DNA of 64,000 nucleotides from an uncultured candidatus Porisulfidus sp. Its GTDB lineage: Bacteria > Pseudomonadota > Gammaproteobacteria > Poriferisulfidales > Oxydemutatoraceae. A program made the translations under genes and the position numbers. The notes beneath the pieces are model-generated. The model was not told where the DNA came from and searched no databases. It worked only from the letters and a program-made list of their open reading frames with translations. Positions within the stretch are counted from its first letter, which is position 1. Each line of letters starts with the position of its first letter. Location: NCBI GenBank assembly GCA_965215125.1, contig OZ244052.1:736001-800000 (forward strand), written 5' to 3'. Below, piece after piece: positions 1-10,569 of the stretch.

Positions 1-682
1 CTATCACTAAAATGATCTCGTCGGGTGCGTTCTCGTTTTGCTTTGTCGCAACTCGCTTGATCTTTTGCAATTCTTCAATCAGATTTTTATCGGTATGCAA
101 CCGTCCGGCGGTATCGGCAATGACTATATCCATACCTTTGGCTTCGGCGGATGCCATTGCGTCGTAGACGATAGCGGCACTATCGGATCCCGGAGACTGT
201 GCAACCAACGGTATATCGCAACGTTGTGCCCATATCCGTAGTTGCTCTATCGCTGCCGCACGAAAGGTATCGGCTGCTGCCAGCATCACTGTTCGCCCTT
301 GCTGTTTATGATGATACGCGAGCTTAGCCGCGGTTGTCGTTTTGCCACTGCCGTTGACTCCTACCATCAAAACCACATAAGGTCTGTTGCGAGCTTGCAT
401 AGCCGATGCACACTCGCACGGTTTAAGTATCGTCGTGATTTCCTCTTCAACCTTAGCCACTAACTGTGTCATAGATTTAATGTGATTATGACGTGCATGT
501 TCTTTGATGTTTGCAATGATATCTTTGCATGCGGCCATCCCGACATCGGCAGCTAGCAAACGACGCTCGAGTTCTTCCAAAAACTTGTCGTCAGGCTTCG
601 GGCCGAACAAAGCACTCAAGCCCGAACCTATACGACTTCCGGTGCCATGCAATTTCTCTTTAAGTTTGTTATGCCATTTCAT
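1..682 (-). CDS. ftsY: Signal recognition particle receptor FtsY (3' part outside window)
   Basis: Not in the ORF track. Manual minus-strand translation gives MKWHNKLKEKL...LEELERRLLAADVG and DIVIADTAGRLHTDKNLIEELQKIKRV. It is divergent from the M16 peptidase pair and rsmD, the usual context. Confidence 0.93.
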   Translation of the reverse strand, partial: MKWHNKLKEKLHGTGSRIGSGLSALFGPKPDDKFLEELERRLLAADVGMAACKDIIANIKEHARHNHIKSMTQLVAKVEEEITTILKPCECASAMQARNRPYVVLMVGVNGSGKTTTAAKLAYHHKQQGRTVMLAAADTFRAAAIEQLRIWAQRCDIPLVAQSPGSDSAAIVYDAMASAEAKGMDIVIADTAGRLHTDKNLIEELQKIKRVATKQNENAPDEIILVI

Positions 683-745
683 TTTTCCGAAATTAGTCGA
701 TTTTGTTTTATACTAAGCTATAGGTAAAGTCGTATTGTATCAACC

Positions 746-2161
746 ATGATGTTTTTTAGTCCAAAAATTCTGCTATACACCTCTATATTACTATCGGTAT
801 CACTATTGCCGGCTTATACAGGGGCGCAACAGCAAAGCTCCCTTGGGCAAGACCCCGCGTCTTCCGCACTCACTATTTACGGCGTACACGAGTTTAAGTT
901 GGATAACGGCTTGAAGCTACTGGTGAAAGAAGATCACCGGGCACCGGTGGTCATTTCTCAGATCTGGTATCGCGTCGGTTCTGCCGACGAATACGGTGGA
1001 ATAACGGGCATCTCTCATTTCTTGGAACACATGATGTTCAAGGGTACCGATAAATATCCGCGCCAAGCGTTCACCGAAACTATCAAAAAACATGGCGGGC
1101 GAGATAATGCTTTCACGAGCCGCGATTACACCGCCTATTATCAACTATTCGAGAGAAGTTATTTAGAAAAAAGTTTTGACTTGGAATCCGATCGCATGAC
1201 CAATTTACAATTAAAACAAGATGATTTTGAAAAAGAACGCGAAGTCGTCAGAGAGGAAAGACGGTGGCGAGTCGACGATGACCCCGAATCTCGGCTCTAT
1301 GAACAGCTCTACATGTCGGCGTTTGATGCCGCACCCTACCGCCAACCGATCATCGGTTGGGACAACGATTTGGTCAACCTCAAGCTACAAGATTTATCGG
1401 ATTGGTACGACCGCTGGTATGCGCCCAACAATGCGACCTTCGTGGTCGTCGGCGATGTAGAAGCGAACGAAGTCTATGCGCTGGCACAACGCTATTTCGG
1501 AGACATTGAACCGCGCCCGCTACCCGACAGAAAAGCGCGCAAGGAGACACCGCAGCACGGTGAGAAACGCATTACGCTATCGATACCCGCAATCCAGCCG
1601 GCACTCGCAATCGCGTATAAAGCACCTCGCCTCGGACATACAAAGGAAGCATGGCATCCTTATGCGTTATCGGTATTGGCGGCGGTATTGGCAGGCAACG
1701 ACAGTTCCAGATTTTCTAAAAACTTGGTCCGAGGAAAAGGTATTGCGTTCTACGCGAATGCCTACTACGGTGTATATAACCGCTATCAAAATCTATTCGT
1801 GATATTCGCCGCACCCAATACCGATAGCGATGTGGCACAACTTGAGCAGGCCATTGAAGACGAACTACAGCAACTCAAAACAGAGGTCATCAGCGACGAC
1901 GAATTACAAAAAATTAAAACCCAACTACTCGCCTACAAAATATATCAGCAAGATTCTATACAACACCAAGCCTCTGCGTTGGGACGTTTGGAAACCATCG
2001 GTGCAGGATGGCAAGAACACTTTCGCTTCCCACAACATATACAAGCTGTGACCGCCGAACAAGTTAGGCAAGTTGCCGTTGAATATCTAGTCGAGTCCAA
2101 ACGCACCGTGGCCGAACTTAAACCTCTGCCGATGCAGAGCGAAGTCACTATCGTACAATGA
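746..2161 (+). CDS. M16 (pitrilysin-like) zinc peptidase, catalytic subunit
   Basis: HFLEH (HxxEH) inverted zincin motif, NAFTSRDYT, N-terminal signal peptide. Confidence 0.92.
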   Translation: MMFFSPKILLYTSILLSVSLLPAYTGAQQQSSLGQDPASSALTIYGVHEFKLDNGLKLLVKEDHRAPVVISQIWYRVGSADEYGGITGISHFLEHMMFKGTDKYPRQAFTETIKKHGGRDNAFTSRDYTAYYQLFERSYLEKSFDLESDRMTNLQLKQDDFEKEREVVREERRWRVDDDPESRLYEQLYMSAFDAAPYRQPIIGWDNDLVNLKLQDLSDWYDRWYAPNNATFVVVGDVEANEVYALAQRYFGDIEPRPLPDRKARKETPQHGEKRITLSIPAIQPALAIAYKAPRLGHTKEAWHPYALSVLAAVLAGNDSSRFSKNLVRGKGIAFYANAYYGVYNRYQNLFVIFAAPNTDSDVAQLEQAIEDELQQLKTEVISDDELQKIKTQLLAYKIYQQDSIQHQASALGRLETIGAGWQEHFRFPQHIQAVTAEQVRQVAVEYLVESKRTVAELKPLPMQSEVTIVQ

Positions 2162-3471
2162 CCAACGTTACGTACAGCTTGCGATTTTTGCTATCACTCT
2201 TTATGTTTTGCGTTATCGCATGGGGTGGTTCGGCGCATGCTAATTTTGAGATTGAGCATTGGACCACCGACAACGGCGTGCAAGTCTATCATGTGTATCA
2301 AAGCGAATTGCCTATGGTGGACATAGAACTCATTTTTGATGCCGGTAGCGCACGCGACGGAAAACTCTACGGTTTGGCGCATTTGGTCACCGAACTATTG
2401 GCTTACGGAGCCGGCGGCATGAATGCCGATCAAATCAGCACCGCGTTTGATAGTATCGGAGCCGAATACGCTACCGAAACCGGCAGAGATAACACGAGTA
2501 TCAAGCTTAGAACCCTAACCGAGCAATTACAAAAATCCACCGAACTATTGGCAACCGTCGTGTCGGCACCCGACTTTGACGAACAAATGCTCAAGCAAAC
2601 CAAAACGCGTACGCTCACGGCAATACGCAAGCAAGACCAAGAACCCGGTGCGGTCGCATCAATTGCACTCTACCGAGCACTCTACGGTGATCATCCGTAC
2701 GGACACCCTCGCATAGGTCTGGAAGAAACCGTCTCGGCAATTACACGCTCCGATGTGCAAGCCTTTTATCAAAAATACTTTGTGGCGCGCAACATGCAGT
2801 TGTCTATCGTCGGCGACATCAATCCGCAGCAAGCAGAACAACTCGCCGACAAACTGAGCAAAAAGTTCTCGGCAGGTTCTAAACCACCGCCGATACCGCT
2901 TGCCGTGCAGGCATCCTTAGGCGATGAAATACGCATCCCTTTCGACTCAAAGCAAGCACATGTTTATGTTGCACAACTTGCAATCGGTTTTAAGGATGCG
3001 GATTATTTCCCGCTTTATGTCGGCAACCATATCTTGGGAGGTAGTGGTTTCGGTTCCAGACTTTTAGAAGAAGTACGCGTTAAGCGCGGATACGCTTACA
3101 GCGCATGGAGCTATTTCGTACCACAGCGAATGCGAGGCCCCTTTATCGTCGGTTTTCAAACCCGTATCGATCAAGCGGACGACGCGCTCACGCTGGCGCA
3201 GCGACTGATTGCGGAATACATTGAAAACGGACCCGATGCCGACGAATTGAAACTCAGCAAGCAACACATCAAAGGCAGTTTCCCGCTACGCGTTGCCAGT
3301 AACGCGCAAATCTCCAACTGGGTCAGGCGCATTATCGTAGAGAAACTCGCACTCGACTATACCCGCACCTTTACCGACAAAACCGAACAAATAAGTCGAG
3401 AACAAATCATCACAGCCTTTAAGAAACATATACACACGGACAAAATGGTAGCGGTCATCGTCGGGGGATAA
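2158..3471 (+). CDS. M16 peptidase, non-catalytic partner subunit
   Basis: M16 motifs (SRLLEEVRVKRGYAYS) without HxxEH; ATGA overlap with the upstream M16 gene. Confidence 0.88.
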   Translation: MTNVTYSLRFLLSLFMFCVIAWGGSAHANFEIEHWTTDNGVQVYHVYQSELPMVDIELIFDAGSARDGKLYGLAHLVTELLAYGAGGMNADQISTAFDSIGAEYATETGRDNTSIKLRTLTEQLQKSTELLATVVSAPDFDEQMLKQTKTRTLTAIRKQDQEPGAVASIALYRALYGDHPYGHPRIGLEETVSAITRSDVQAFYQKYFVARNMQLSIVGDINPQQAEQLADKLSKKFSAGSKPPPIPLAVQASLGDEIRIPFDSKQAHVYVAQLAIGFKDADYFPLYVGNHILGGSGFGSRLLEEVRVKRGYAYSAWSYFVPQRMRGPFIVGFQTRIDQADDALTLAQRLIAEYIENGPDADELKLSKQHIKGSFPLRVASNAQISNWVRRIIVEKLALDYTRTFTDKTEQISREQIITAFKKHIHTDKMVAVIVGG

Positions 3472-3472
3472 G

Positions 3473-4051
3473 GTGGCGTCCAAAGTACGCATCATTGCCG
3501 GAAAATGGCGCGGTAGAAACATAGAATTTCCGAACTTGAAATCGCTACGCCCGACCCCCGACCGCGTCCGAGAAACACTATTCAACTGGCTGTCCCCGTC
3601 TATTGTCGGGGCAAAGTGCCTGGACTTGTTTGCCGGTAGCGGCGCGCTCGGCTTTGAGGCATTATCCAGAGGGGTAGCCCACGCAGTTTTGATAGACAAC
3701 AACGCACGCGTTTGCAAACAACTCAAGGAGCAAGCCCGAATCTTGAACGCCAATAACATTCGCATCGTGCATCAAGAAGCAACCGAATTCATCGCCGATA
3801 ACCGAGATAGTTTTGACATCGTCTTTATAGATCCCCCCTTCAACTCCAAGCTGGCTTCCACACTCGCCGATCTGTTCTTAGAACATCCGATACTCAATAG
3901 CGAGGCACTGCTCTATGTTGAAATACCGATATCCGAGAAACCGAAAACACCCAAAACATGGAGGGGTTGGAACGTAGTACGATCCGGGAAAACCGCGCAG
4001 GTATGCTACCTTCTATTAACCAAAAGTGGTATTCGAGAATTCAAAAGTTGA
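3473..4051 (+). CDS. rsmD: 16S rRNA m2G966 methyltransferase
   Basis: VRIIAGKWRGR, LRPTPDRVRETLFNWL, LDLFAGSGALG, DPPF. Confidence 0.96.
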   Translation: MASKVRIIAGKWRGRNIEFPNLKSLRPTPDRVRETLFNWLSPSIVGAKCLDLFAGSGALGFEALSRGVAHAVLIDNNARVCKQLKEQARILNANNIRIVHQEATEFIADNRDSFDIVFIDPPFNSKLASTLADLFLEHPILNSEALLYVEIPISEKPKTPKTWRGWNVVRSGKTAQVCYLLLTKSGIREFKS

Positions 4052-4152
4052 ATGACGTTCTCCCCCAATTTAGTACCAATGTCAAAGTCAGTTTTTCCGA
4101 TAAACTAGAGAAGTTAAAAACATTACAGGTGGCCCTAAAAATGGGGTAACGT

Positions 4153-4172
4153 CACCTCCATAGGAGGGGAAT
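4153..4172. repeat. Degenerate fragment of the dispersed repeat (CCTCC-N3-GGAGGGGAAT hairpin)
   Basis: cacctccataggaggggaat between convergent rsmD and Nudix genes; matches the end of the copies at 11500-11545 and 25091-25136. Confidence 0.55.
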
Positions 4173-4174
4173 AT

Positions 4175-5143
4175 CTATGATAAAGGCCAGAGGCTTCGGA
4201 TTGCCGCGATGCCTTGTGCGCCGTGCATCCGGCAGTCGGCTAAATCGGCAGTTTCGAGTCCGCCGATTGCATAGACCGGTATCGTTATGTCTCTTACGAG
4301 TGTTTTGAAAGTCTCCCAACCTAAAGGTGGTTGTCCGGGATGGCTGGGTGTTGTTTTAAGCGGTCCGAGTAAAGCAAAGTCGGCTTCTAATCGGCAAGCC
4401 TGTTCAAGTTCTGCACGATTATGGCACGAGACGGCAAGTAGTTTGCTTTCAGGCAACGGGCGGGTGCGATATTTCGCGGCGTATTCGGCACCGAGTTGTA
4501 CACCGGCAACGTTCAAGATATCTACCTGGGTGGGATGATTATGTATCAATAATTTATTGCGCCATGCCGAGGACTGCGATAACAGCTTGCGCGCATACTC
4601 TATATAGGTGCGACTATCGAGTTCGGTGGCACGAAAGACGGCAAGCGATATACCCGATTGAAATGCCGTATCCAAACCTCGCTTTAGCACGCTCGGGTCA
4701 AGCGGTGCAGGAGTTATTAAATAGCGATCGGGCAACGATAACGCTTTGATAATTACGCCGTTCGCCGCCGGGAAATCACCGGCTTTGAGTTCCGATACGG
4801 CTCGCCATTCCAACGACCGGTAAAAATGAGAACCCGGCACATCCCGACAATTTTTTATCGTGTACACACTAAACGAGTATCTCTGTGCGTCATAACACCA
4901 CTCAAATTCAATGAGCGGTTCGGCATCGGTTTCTTTTATTACCAGCCCGAGTTCTTCTTTTAATTCCCGCGCTACGGCGTGTCTCGGTGTCTCGTTTGAT
5001 TTGACCTTGCCGCCGGGAAATTCCCAACAGCCTCCTAGATGCAGTCCATTCTCTCGCCAACCGACGAGTACCCGGTTATCTCGTAAAACAACGCCCAAAG
5101 CGACTGAAATTGTCGGGGTTGTTTTAAGTGCGGTATGCGGCAT
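4175..5143 (-). CDS. Nudix (MutT-like) hydrolase fused to a thiamine-phosphate-synthase-like domain
   Basis: WEFPGGKVKSNETPRHAVARELKEELG Nudix box; C-terminal SCHN, TPSHP and PVYAIGG; secA-argJ-mutT synteny. Confidence 0.9.
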   Translation of the reverse strand: MPHTALKTTPTISVALGVVLRDNRVLVGWRENGLHLGGCWEFPGGKVKSNETPRHAVARELKEELGLVIKETDAEPLIEFEWCYDAQRYSFSVYTIKNCRDVPGSHFYRSLEWRAVSELKAGDFPAANGVIIKALSLPDRYLITPAPLDPSVLKRGLDTAFQSGISLAVFRATELDSRTYIEYARKLLSQSSAWRNKLLIHNHPTQVDILNVAGVQLGAEYAAKYRTRPLPESKLLAVSCHNRAELEQACRLEADFALLGPLKTTPSHPGQPPLGWETFKTLVRDITIPVYAIGGLETADLADCRMHGAQGIAAIRSLWPLS

Positions 5144-6329
5144 TAATTCTCACATAGTCTTCGGTCAAATCCGAGGTCCATATTGTTGCGCTTTCGGGGC
5201 CTCTATCGAGTAATACTCTGAGGCGGACTTCGAGCTTCTCCATAGTCGCCTTTGCAATCGCTTCATCGTAATTCGGATCTACGGCACCGCGATGGAACAA
5301 ACGATGATCGCCCATAAAGCAGCTCACCTTGTTTATATCCAGTGCTTCCAAACCGCTACGCCCCACCGCAAGAATAATCCTTCCCCAATTCGGATCGGCG
5401 GCAGCAAAAGCCGTTTTAACCAGTGGCGAGTGTGCGATCGTATAAGCGACTTGCCGCGCCTCTTCGTGAGACTTTGCTTGTTCTACATGTATTTCTATAA
5501 AATGACTTGCGCCTTCTGCGTCACGAATGATCATTTTTGCTAATTCTTGCATGACCGCTTTCAATGTCTCGGAGAAAGCATCTTTTTCGGATACGGCTAG
5601 CGACTCCCAATCGACGCCGCTCGCACCGGTCGCAAGCAACGCACACGAGTCATTGGTTGAAGTGTCTCCGTCAACCGTGATGCAATTAAGCGAAACCGCC
5701 AACGCATCGTGCAATAACCGTTTCAGTGTTTTCGGACCTGCCTTTAGATCGGTTGCAACATAAGCCAACATAGTTGCCATATCGGGGCAGATCATACCCG
5801 AACCTTTGGCAATACCGGTGACAGAAACCGTTTCCGCACCGAGTAGTACTTCCGCGCTGAACCATTTGGCAACAGTGTCGGTGGTCATAATTGCCTGCGC
5901 AGCCGCTTCCCAATTATCGGACGAGAGTTTGGCGAGCAAATCGGGAACGGCAGAGACGATTTTAGATGTCGGCAACCGTTCTACCATGACACCCGTAGAA
6001 AAAGGTAGGACTTGCTCAATATCAACGCCGCTTAAATCGGCAACACTTCGGCAACAGGCTTCGGCATCGTCCATACCTATCCGACCCATACCGGCATTGG
6101 CATTACCGGCATTGATAAGCAAGTAACGAGGTTGTGCTACATCGAGATATGCCTCGCTCAATATCACTGGGGCAGCCTTAAATACATTACGCGTAAAACA
6201 CACTGCGGTGTCGGTTGTCTCCGACAGTTCCATCAAAACCAAATCGTCGCGTCCCGAATATCGTATTTCGGCGGACAAAGTAGCGATGCGTATGCCCTTA
6301 ATGGGAACCGGCTTGTCTATCTTTTTCAT
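5124..6329 (-). CDS. argJ: Bifunctional ornithine acetyltransferase/N-acetylglutamate synthase
   Basis: INAGNANA, IMTTDT, AKGSGMICPDMATML, VDGDTSTNDS. Confidence 0.96.
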   Translation of the reverse strand: MKKIDKPVPIKGIRIATLSAEIRYSGRDDLVLMELSETTDTAVCFTRNVFKAAPVILSEAYLDVAQPRYLLINAGNANAGMGRIGMDDAEACCRSVADLSGVDIEQVLPFSTGVMVERLPTSKIVSAVPDLLAKLSSDNWEAAAQAIMTTDTVAKWFSAEVLLGAETVSVTGIAKGSGMICPDMATMLAYVATDLKAGPKTLKRLLHDALAVSLNCITVDGDTSTNDSCALLATGASGVDWESLAVSEKDAFSETLKAVMQELAKMIIRDAEGASHFIEIHVEQAKSHEEARQVAYTIAHSPLVKTAFAAADPNWGRIILAVGRSGLEALDINKVSCFMGDHRLFHRGAVDPNYDEAIAKATMEKLEVRLRVLLDRGPESATIWTSDLTEDYVRINAAYRT

Positions 6330-9087
6330 AACAACAATGTTTATATTTTTTGCCCGAACCGCAATAGCACGGATCGTTGCGTCCCAATTTTTTATGGGTG
6401 CGACGAATCGTCTCGGGTTTTAGCGATTGCATGATGCGGGGAGGCCGCCGTGCATTGTTCGGCGGTGTAGGGGCGGCACCACCGGCGATGCCGAGCATCG
6501 GTGCAGTGGTATGTGCAGCATCAGGTTGCGGCACGGTCGGCAACAAATTACTCCCCGGTTGTCGGTGCTGATAATTTATCGCATCCTCGTCAAGCGGTTG
6601 CGCCGGTCTTAATTCCGGTTCTTTGCTCAATCTCATTAGACTTGACGCAAGTTTGTGGCGAACGGTATTCAACATCAGTTGGAACATCGCAAACGCTTCT
6701 CGTTTATATTCTTGTTTAGGGTTTTTTTGTGCAAAACTGCGCAAGCCGATGCCTTGACGCAGATGATCCATATTAGCCAAATGCTCTTTCCAGTAATCAT
6801 CCAAAACTCGCATCATCAAAATCACTTCTATTTTGTATAGCATTTCCGCGCCGAAAATAGCCTCTTTCCCCTTATAGGTTTTGAACATGGTGTCGCATAC
6901 TTTTTCGCGTATTGCAGTCGTCGAGATATCGGACTCGGAAGATGCCGAGGCATCGAATTTCAACTCTAAACCGAACTCTTCCGACAGATTTTTTTCGAGA
7001 GCTTTGATATCCCATTGTTCCTCCAACTGTCCTTCGGGAACATATTGATCAACCACAGCTTCACCGACCTCGCTCAATATATCCAGAATCTGTTCGTGCA
7101 CTTGCTCGGTTTCCATCAGCTCGTTTCTTTGCTTATAAATTACCTGCCGTTGCTCGTTTGCGACATTGTCGTATTCTAGCAAGTTTTTTCTGATATCGAA
7201 GTTATGCGACTCAACCTTACGTTGTGCATTTTCTATCGCTCTGTTCATCCACGGATGCTCTATCGCTTCGCCTGCCTGCATTCCCAATTTTTCTATCAAC
7301 GATTGTACTTTGTCGCCGGCAAAAATACGCAATAGGCTATCGTCCAAAGATAGATAAAAGCGGCTTGAACCGGGATCGCCTTGCCGCCCCGAGCGACCTC
7401 GCAACTGGTTGTCTACCCGTCTGGACTCGTGCCTTTCGGTGCCGATGACCCGCAAGCCGCCTGCTGCTATTACCTGTCGGTGGCGTTGTTGCCAATCCTC
7501 GCGCATTGCATCGTGTTTGCTTTCGTCGGCTTCCTCCAGTTCGGTGTCAAGCGAACCACCCAGCACGATGTCGGTACCACGACCTGCCATATTCGTTGCA
7601 ATAGTCACGGCACCGGGACGACCCGCTTGGGCGATGATTTTAGATTCGGTTTCGTGGTGCTTGGCGTTGAGGACTTGGTGCTTGATTTTCGCTTTGCTCA
7701 GCGTCTTTGAAAGATACTCGGAGACCGCAATGGAAGCGGTCCCGATCAATGTCGGTTGCCCGATTTCAAAACTCGTTCGTACATCTTCAAGTATGGCTTC
7801 GAATTTCTCCTGCTCGGACATATACACTGCATCGGGTTCATCTTCACGAACCATCGGTACGTGGGTCGGAATAACGACGACTTGCAAACCGTAGATATCC
7901 TGAAACTCGGAGGCTTCGGTGTCGGCGGTGCCGGTCATGCCGCTTAATTTTTCGTACAAGCGAAAATAGTTTTGGAAAGTAATAGATGCAAGTGTTTGAT
8001 TTTCGTGTTCCACACGCATACCTTCTTTTGCTTCCACCGCTTGGTGCAAACCGTCGGACCAACGCCGGCCGGCCATGACTCGTCCGGTGAACTCGTCGAC
8101 AATTAAGACTTTGCCGTTGCGCACTAAGTAATCCACATTTTTCTTAAACAGGCCGTGCGCCCTGAGCGAGGCACTTACGTGGTGTAATAAATTGACATTA
8201 TTGAGGTCGTAAAGACTCTCGTTTTCTTTTAGCAATCCCTCTCTAAGTAACGCCTCTTCAATACGCTGATGTCCCGCTTCGGTCAACAACGCGGCACGCG
8301 ATTTCTCGTCTATCGTATAATCGTCCGCTTCGCTGTTGCCGGTGCACGGCTTAAGACGGCTCACCAGCTTATTTATTTTATAATAAATATCGGAACTTCC
8401 CTCGGTAGGACCGGAGATGATCAACGGCGTGCGTGCCTCGTCGATCAAAATAGAATCGACCTCGTCTACGATTGCAAAATAATGTCCTCGCTGCACCCTT
8501 TGCGAAGCCTCGTAGACCATGTTGTCTCGTAGGTAATCAAAACCGAACTCGTTATTCGTGCCATAAGTAATATCGGCTTTATAAGCGTCAACCCGTTCTT
8601 TGGGTTTCTGCCCGGCAACGACAACCCCGACGCTCAGACCCAATTTTCTATAAACGGCACCCATCCATTCGGAGTCTCTACGCGCCAAATAATCGTTGAC
8701 CGTCACAATATGCACGCTTTGTCCGGTCAGTGCATTCAAATACGCCGCCAAGGGTGCAACGAAAGTTTTGCCTTCGCCGGTGCGCATCTCGGCAATTTTA
8801 CCGTCGTGCAAAGTCATACCACCGATTAACTGTACATCAAAGTGCCTCATATTCAGTTCGCGCGACGCCGCCTCTTTAACGGTGGCAAAAGCCTCCGGCA
8901 ATAAGCTGTTTAAGCTCTGTCCTTGTGCCAGACGCGCTTTGAATTGATCTTTTTTAGAGATTAGTTCGGCATCGCTTATACCTTTGTATTGATCTTCCAG
9001 AGCATTGATATCTTGAACGACCTTTCGGTATTTTTTTAATAGCCGCTCGTTCTTGGACGGAACGAGCTTGTTAATAAATTTGAACAT
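6298..9087 (-). CDS. secA: Preprotein translocase ATPase SecA
   Basis: EMRTGEGKT, DEVDSILIDEARTPLIISG, QLRGRSGRQGDPG, C-terminal GRNDPCYCGSGKKYKHCC. Confidence 0.99.
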   Translation of the reverse strand: MFKFINKLVPSKNERLLKKYRKVVQDINALEDQYKGISDAELISKKDQFKARLAQGQSLNSLLPEAFATVKEAASRELNMRHFDVQLIGGMTLHDGKIAEMRTGEGKTFVAPLAAYLNALTGQSVHIVTVNDYLARRDSEWMGAVYRKLGLSVGVVVAGQKPKERVDAYKADITYGTNNEFGFDYLRDNMVYEASQRVQRGHYFAIVDEVDSILIDEARTPLIISGPTEGSSDIYYKINKLVSRLKPCTGNSEADDYTIDEKSRAALLTEAGHQRIEEALLREGLLKENESLYDLNNVNLLHHVSASLRAHGLFKKNVDYLVRNGKVLIVDEFTGRVMAGRRWSDGLHQAVEAKEGMRVEHENQTLASITFQNYFRLYEKLSGMTGTADTEASEFQDIYGLQVVVIPTHVPMVREDEPDAVYMSEQEKFEAILEDVRTSFEIGQPTLIGTASIAVSEYLSKTLSKAKIKHQVLNAKHHETESKIIAQAGRPGAVTIATNMAGRGTDIVLGGSLDTELEEADESKHDAMREDWQQRHRQVIAAGGLRVIGTERHESRRVDNQLRGRSGRQGDPGSSRFYLSLDDSLLRIFAGDKVQSLIEKLGMQAGEAIEHPWMNRAIENAQRKVESHNFDIRKNLLEYDNVANEQRQVIYKQRNELMETEQVHEQILDILSEVGEAVVDQYVPEGQLEEQWDIKALEKNLSEEFGLELKFDASASSESDISTTAIREKVCDTMFKTYKGKEAIFGAEMLYKIEVILMMRVLDDYWKEHLANMDHLRQGIGLRSFAQKNPKQEYKREAFAMFQLMLNTVRHKLASSLMRLSKEPELRPAQPLDEDAINYQHRQPGSNLLPTVPQPDAAHTTAPMLGIAGGAAPTPPNNARRPPRIMQSLKPETIRRTHKKLGRNDPCYCGSGKKYKHCCYEKDRQAGSH

Positions 9088-9181
9088 AAAAGACCTATTT
9101 CATTTATTTTTGATACCCTGGACGATATTACGCATAATAAACATTCTACAGTAAATTTAATGGTTAGCTTATAGTTGAACG

Positions 9182-9472
9182 ATGAAAAAACTCGGAGATT
9201 TAATCAATCCTAACTTGATGCGGAAAGCACAGCTACTCGAGATTATGAGCGAGAGCGCACGCACCCGATTACCCGGAGAAATAGCATCGCATTGCTGGGT
9301 CGGTGGATTTGAGAAAGACCATATCGTTTTGGTTACCGATTATCCCCATTATGTTGTTCATATACGTTGTTATCAGCGCGAGATATTAAAGCAACTCAAA
9401 GAGCAATTCCGGACTCACTTACCGGAAAGCGTTAGAAAGGTCCGTATCAAGGTTTCAAGGATATTATCGTGA
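9182..9472 (+). CDS. DUF721/DciA-like protein
   Basis: 96 aa ORF between lpxC and secA on the opposite strand, the conserved position of DUF721; the call rests mainly on synteny. Confidence 0.7.
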   Translation: MKKLGDLINPNLMRKAQLLEIMSESARTRLPGEIASHCWVGGFEKDHIVLVTDYPHYVVHIRCYQREILKQLKEQFRTHLPESVRKVRIKVSRILS

Positions 9473-9519
9473 ATCAAACGCCCTCCGAATGAACCGGCAT
9501 CTAAACGACTATCACGCTA

Positions 9520-10437
9520 TCAGATATAGTCTTCGGCTAAAGGATAAATAATAGGCAACGCGGCAGTGTCGGAGTCCTCTAATAGATTTTCCTCCCACGC
9601 CTCGGCATCTTCGAGCAACTTGATGAGTAAGCGATTATTCAATTCATGACCGGATTTATGACATTCGCAACAACCCACCAAACCGTGTCCCAGTAAATAC
9701 AAATCTCCGACTACATCGAGCATCTTATGTTTGACACATTCGTCTTCCGAGCGCAGACCGTCTTCGTTCATAACACGGTGTTCGTCAATCACGATAGCAT
9801 TTTCCAAACTTCCCCCTAAAACCAGTCCACGCTCGCGCAATCTCTCGTAATCTTTAAGAAAACCAAAGGTTCTGGAACGGCTCACACTGGCTACAAAAGA
9901 TGTTTTATTAAAGTCTATTTCAACCCGTTGCTGACGTTTCTCAAACACCGGATGGTCAAAATCAATCGTAAAAGCAACTTTGAATCCGTCATAAGGTTTC
10001 AGGCAAATCCACTTATCGCCATCTTCTATTTTGATTTCCTTTTTGATGCGTATAGATTTCTTAGGCGCATTTTGCTCTGTTATGCCGCCCGATTGTAACA
10101 AAAATACGAAAGGACCTGCGCTACCATCCATAATCGGTACTTCGGGTGCATCTACATCTACATATAAATTATCAATGCCCAAACCGGCGATCGCAGCGAG
10201 TAAATGTTCAACCGTAGAAATATGTACGCCGTCAACACCTAAAGTAGTTGAAAGTTGCGTGCCCGTCACATAGCGAGCTTGCGCAGGTATCTGCACCGGC
10301 TTTTTCAAATCCACACGGCGAAATATAATACCTGTATCGGCCGCTGCCGAACGCAACGATAATTTTATTTTCTTGCCGGTGTGCAAACCCATGCCTACCG
10401 CTTCAATTGAATTTTTTAATGTTCTTTGTTTAATCAA
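9520..10437 (-). CDS. lpxC: UDP-3-O-acyl-N-acetylglucosamine deacetylase
   Basis: [39 protein letters not shown]. Confidence 0.98.
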   Translation of the reverse strand: MIKQRTLKNSIEAVGMGLHTGKKIKLSLRSAAADTGIIFRRVDLKKPVQIPAQARYVTGTQLSTTLGVDGVHISTVEHLLAAIAGLGIDNLYVDVDAPEVPIMDGSAGPFVFLLQSGGITEQNAPKKSIRIKKEIKIEDGDKWICLKPYDGFKVAFTIDFDHPVFEKRQQRVEIDFNKTSFVASVSRSRTFGFLKDYERLRERGLVLGGSLENAIVIDEHRVMNEDGLRSEDECVKHKMLDVVGDLYLLGHGLVGCCECHKSGHELNNRLLIKLLEDAEAWEENLLEDSDTAALPIIYPLAEDYI

Positions 10438-10569
10438 GAGGGGTTCCTTTTTATTGTAGCTATCCGATAATCATCCATTACTTAAATTAGAATTATTATA
10501 GATGATACCATAAATTATTGCCAAAACAAAAAAAATTACTGATTTTTAGGTTCTTATCTCCATAATTTC

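Noticed and set aside
38-716. Three short plus-strand ORFs at the window start
   Set aside because: They are antisense to ftsY, which the track missed because it runs off the window.
4175-5143. MutT-thiamine-phosphate-synthase fusion as a novelty
   Set aside because: It is a common fusion at this locus in Gammaproteobacteria.
6298-6620. Pro/Ala-rich SecA C-terminal linker and overlap with argJ
   Set aside because: The linker before the zinc-binding motif is known to be variable, and short overlaps are ordinary.
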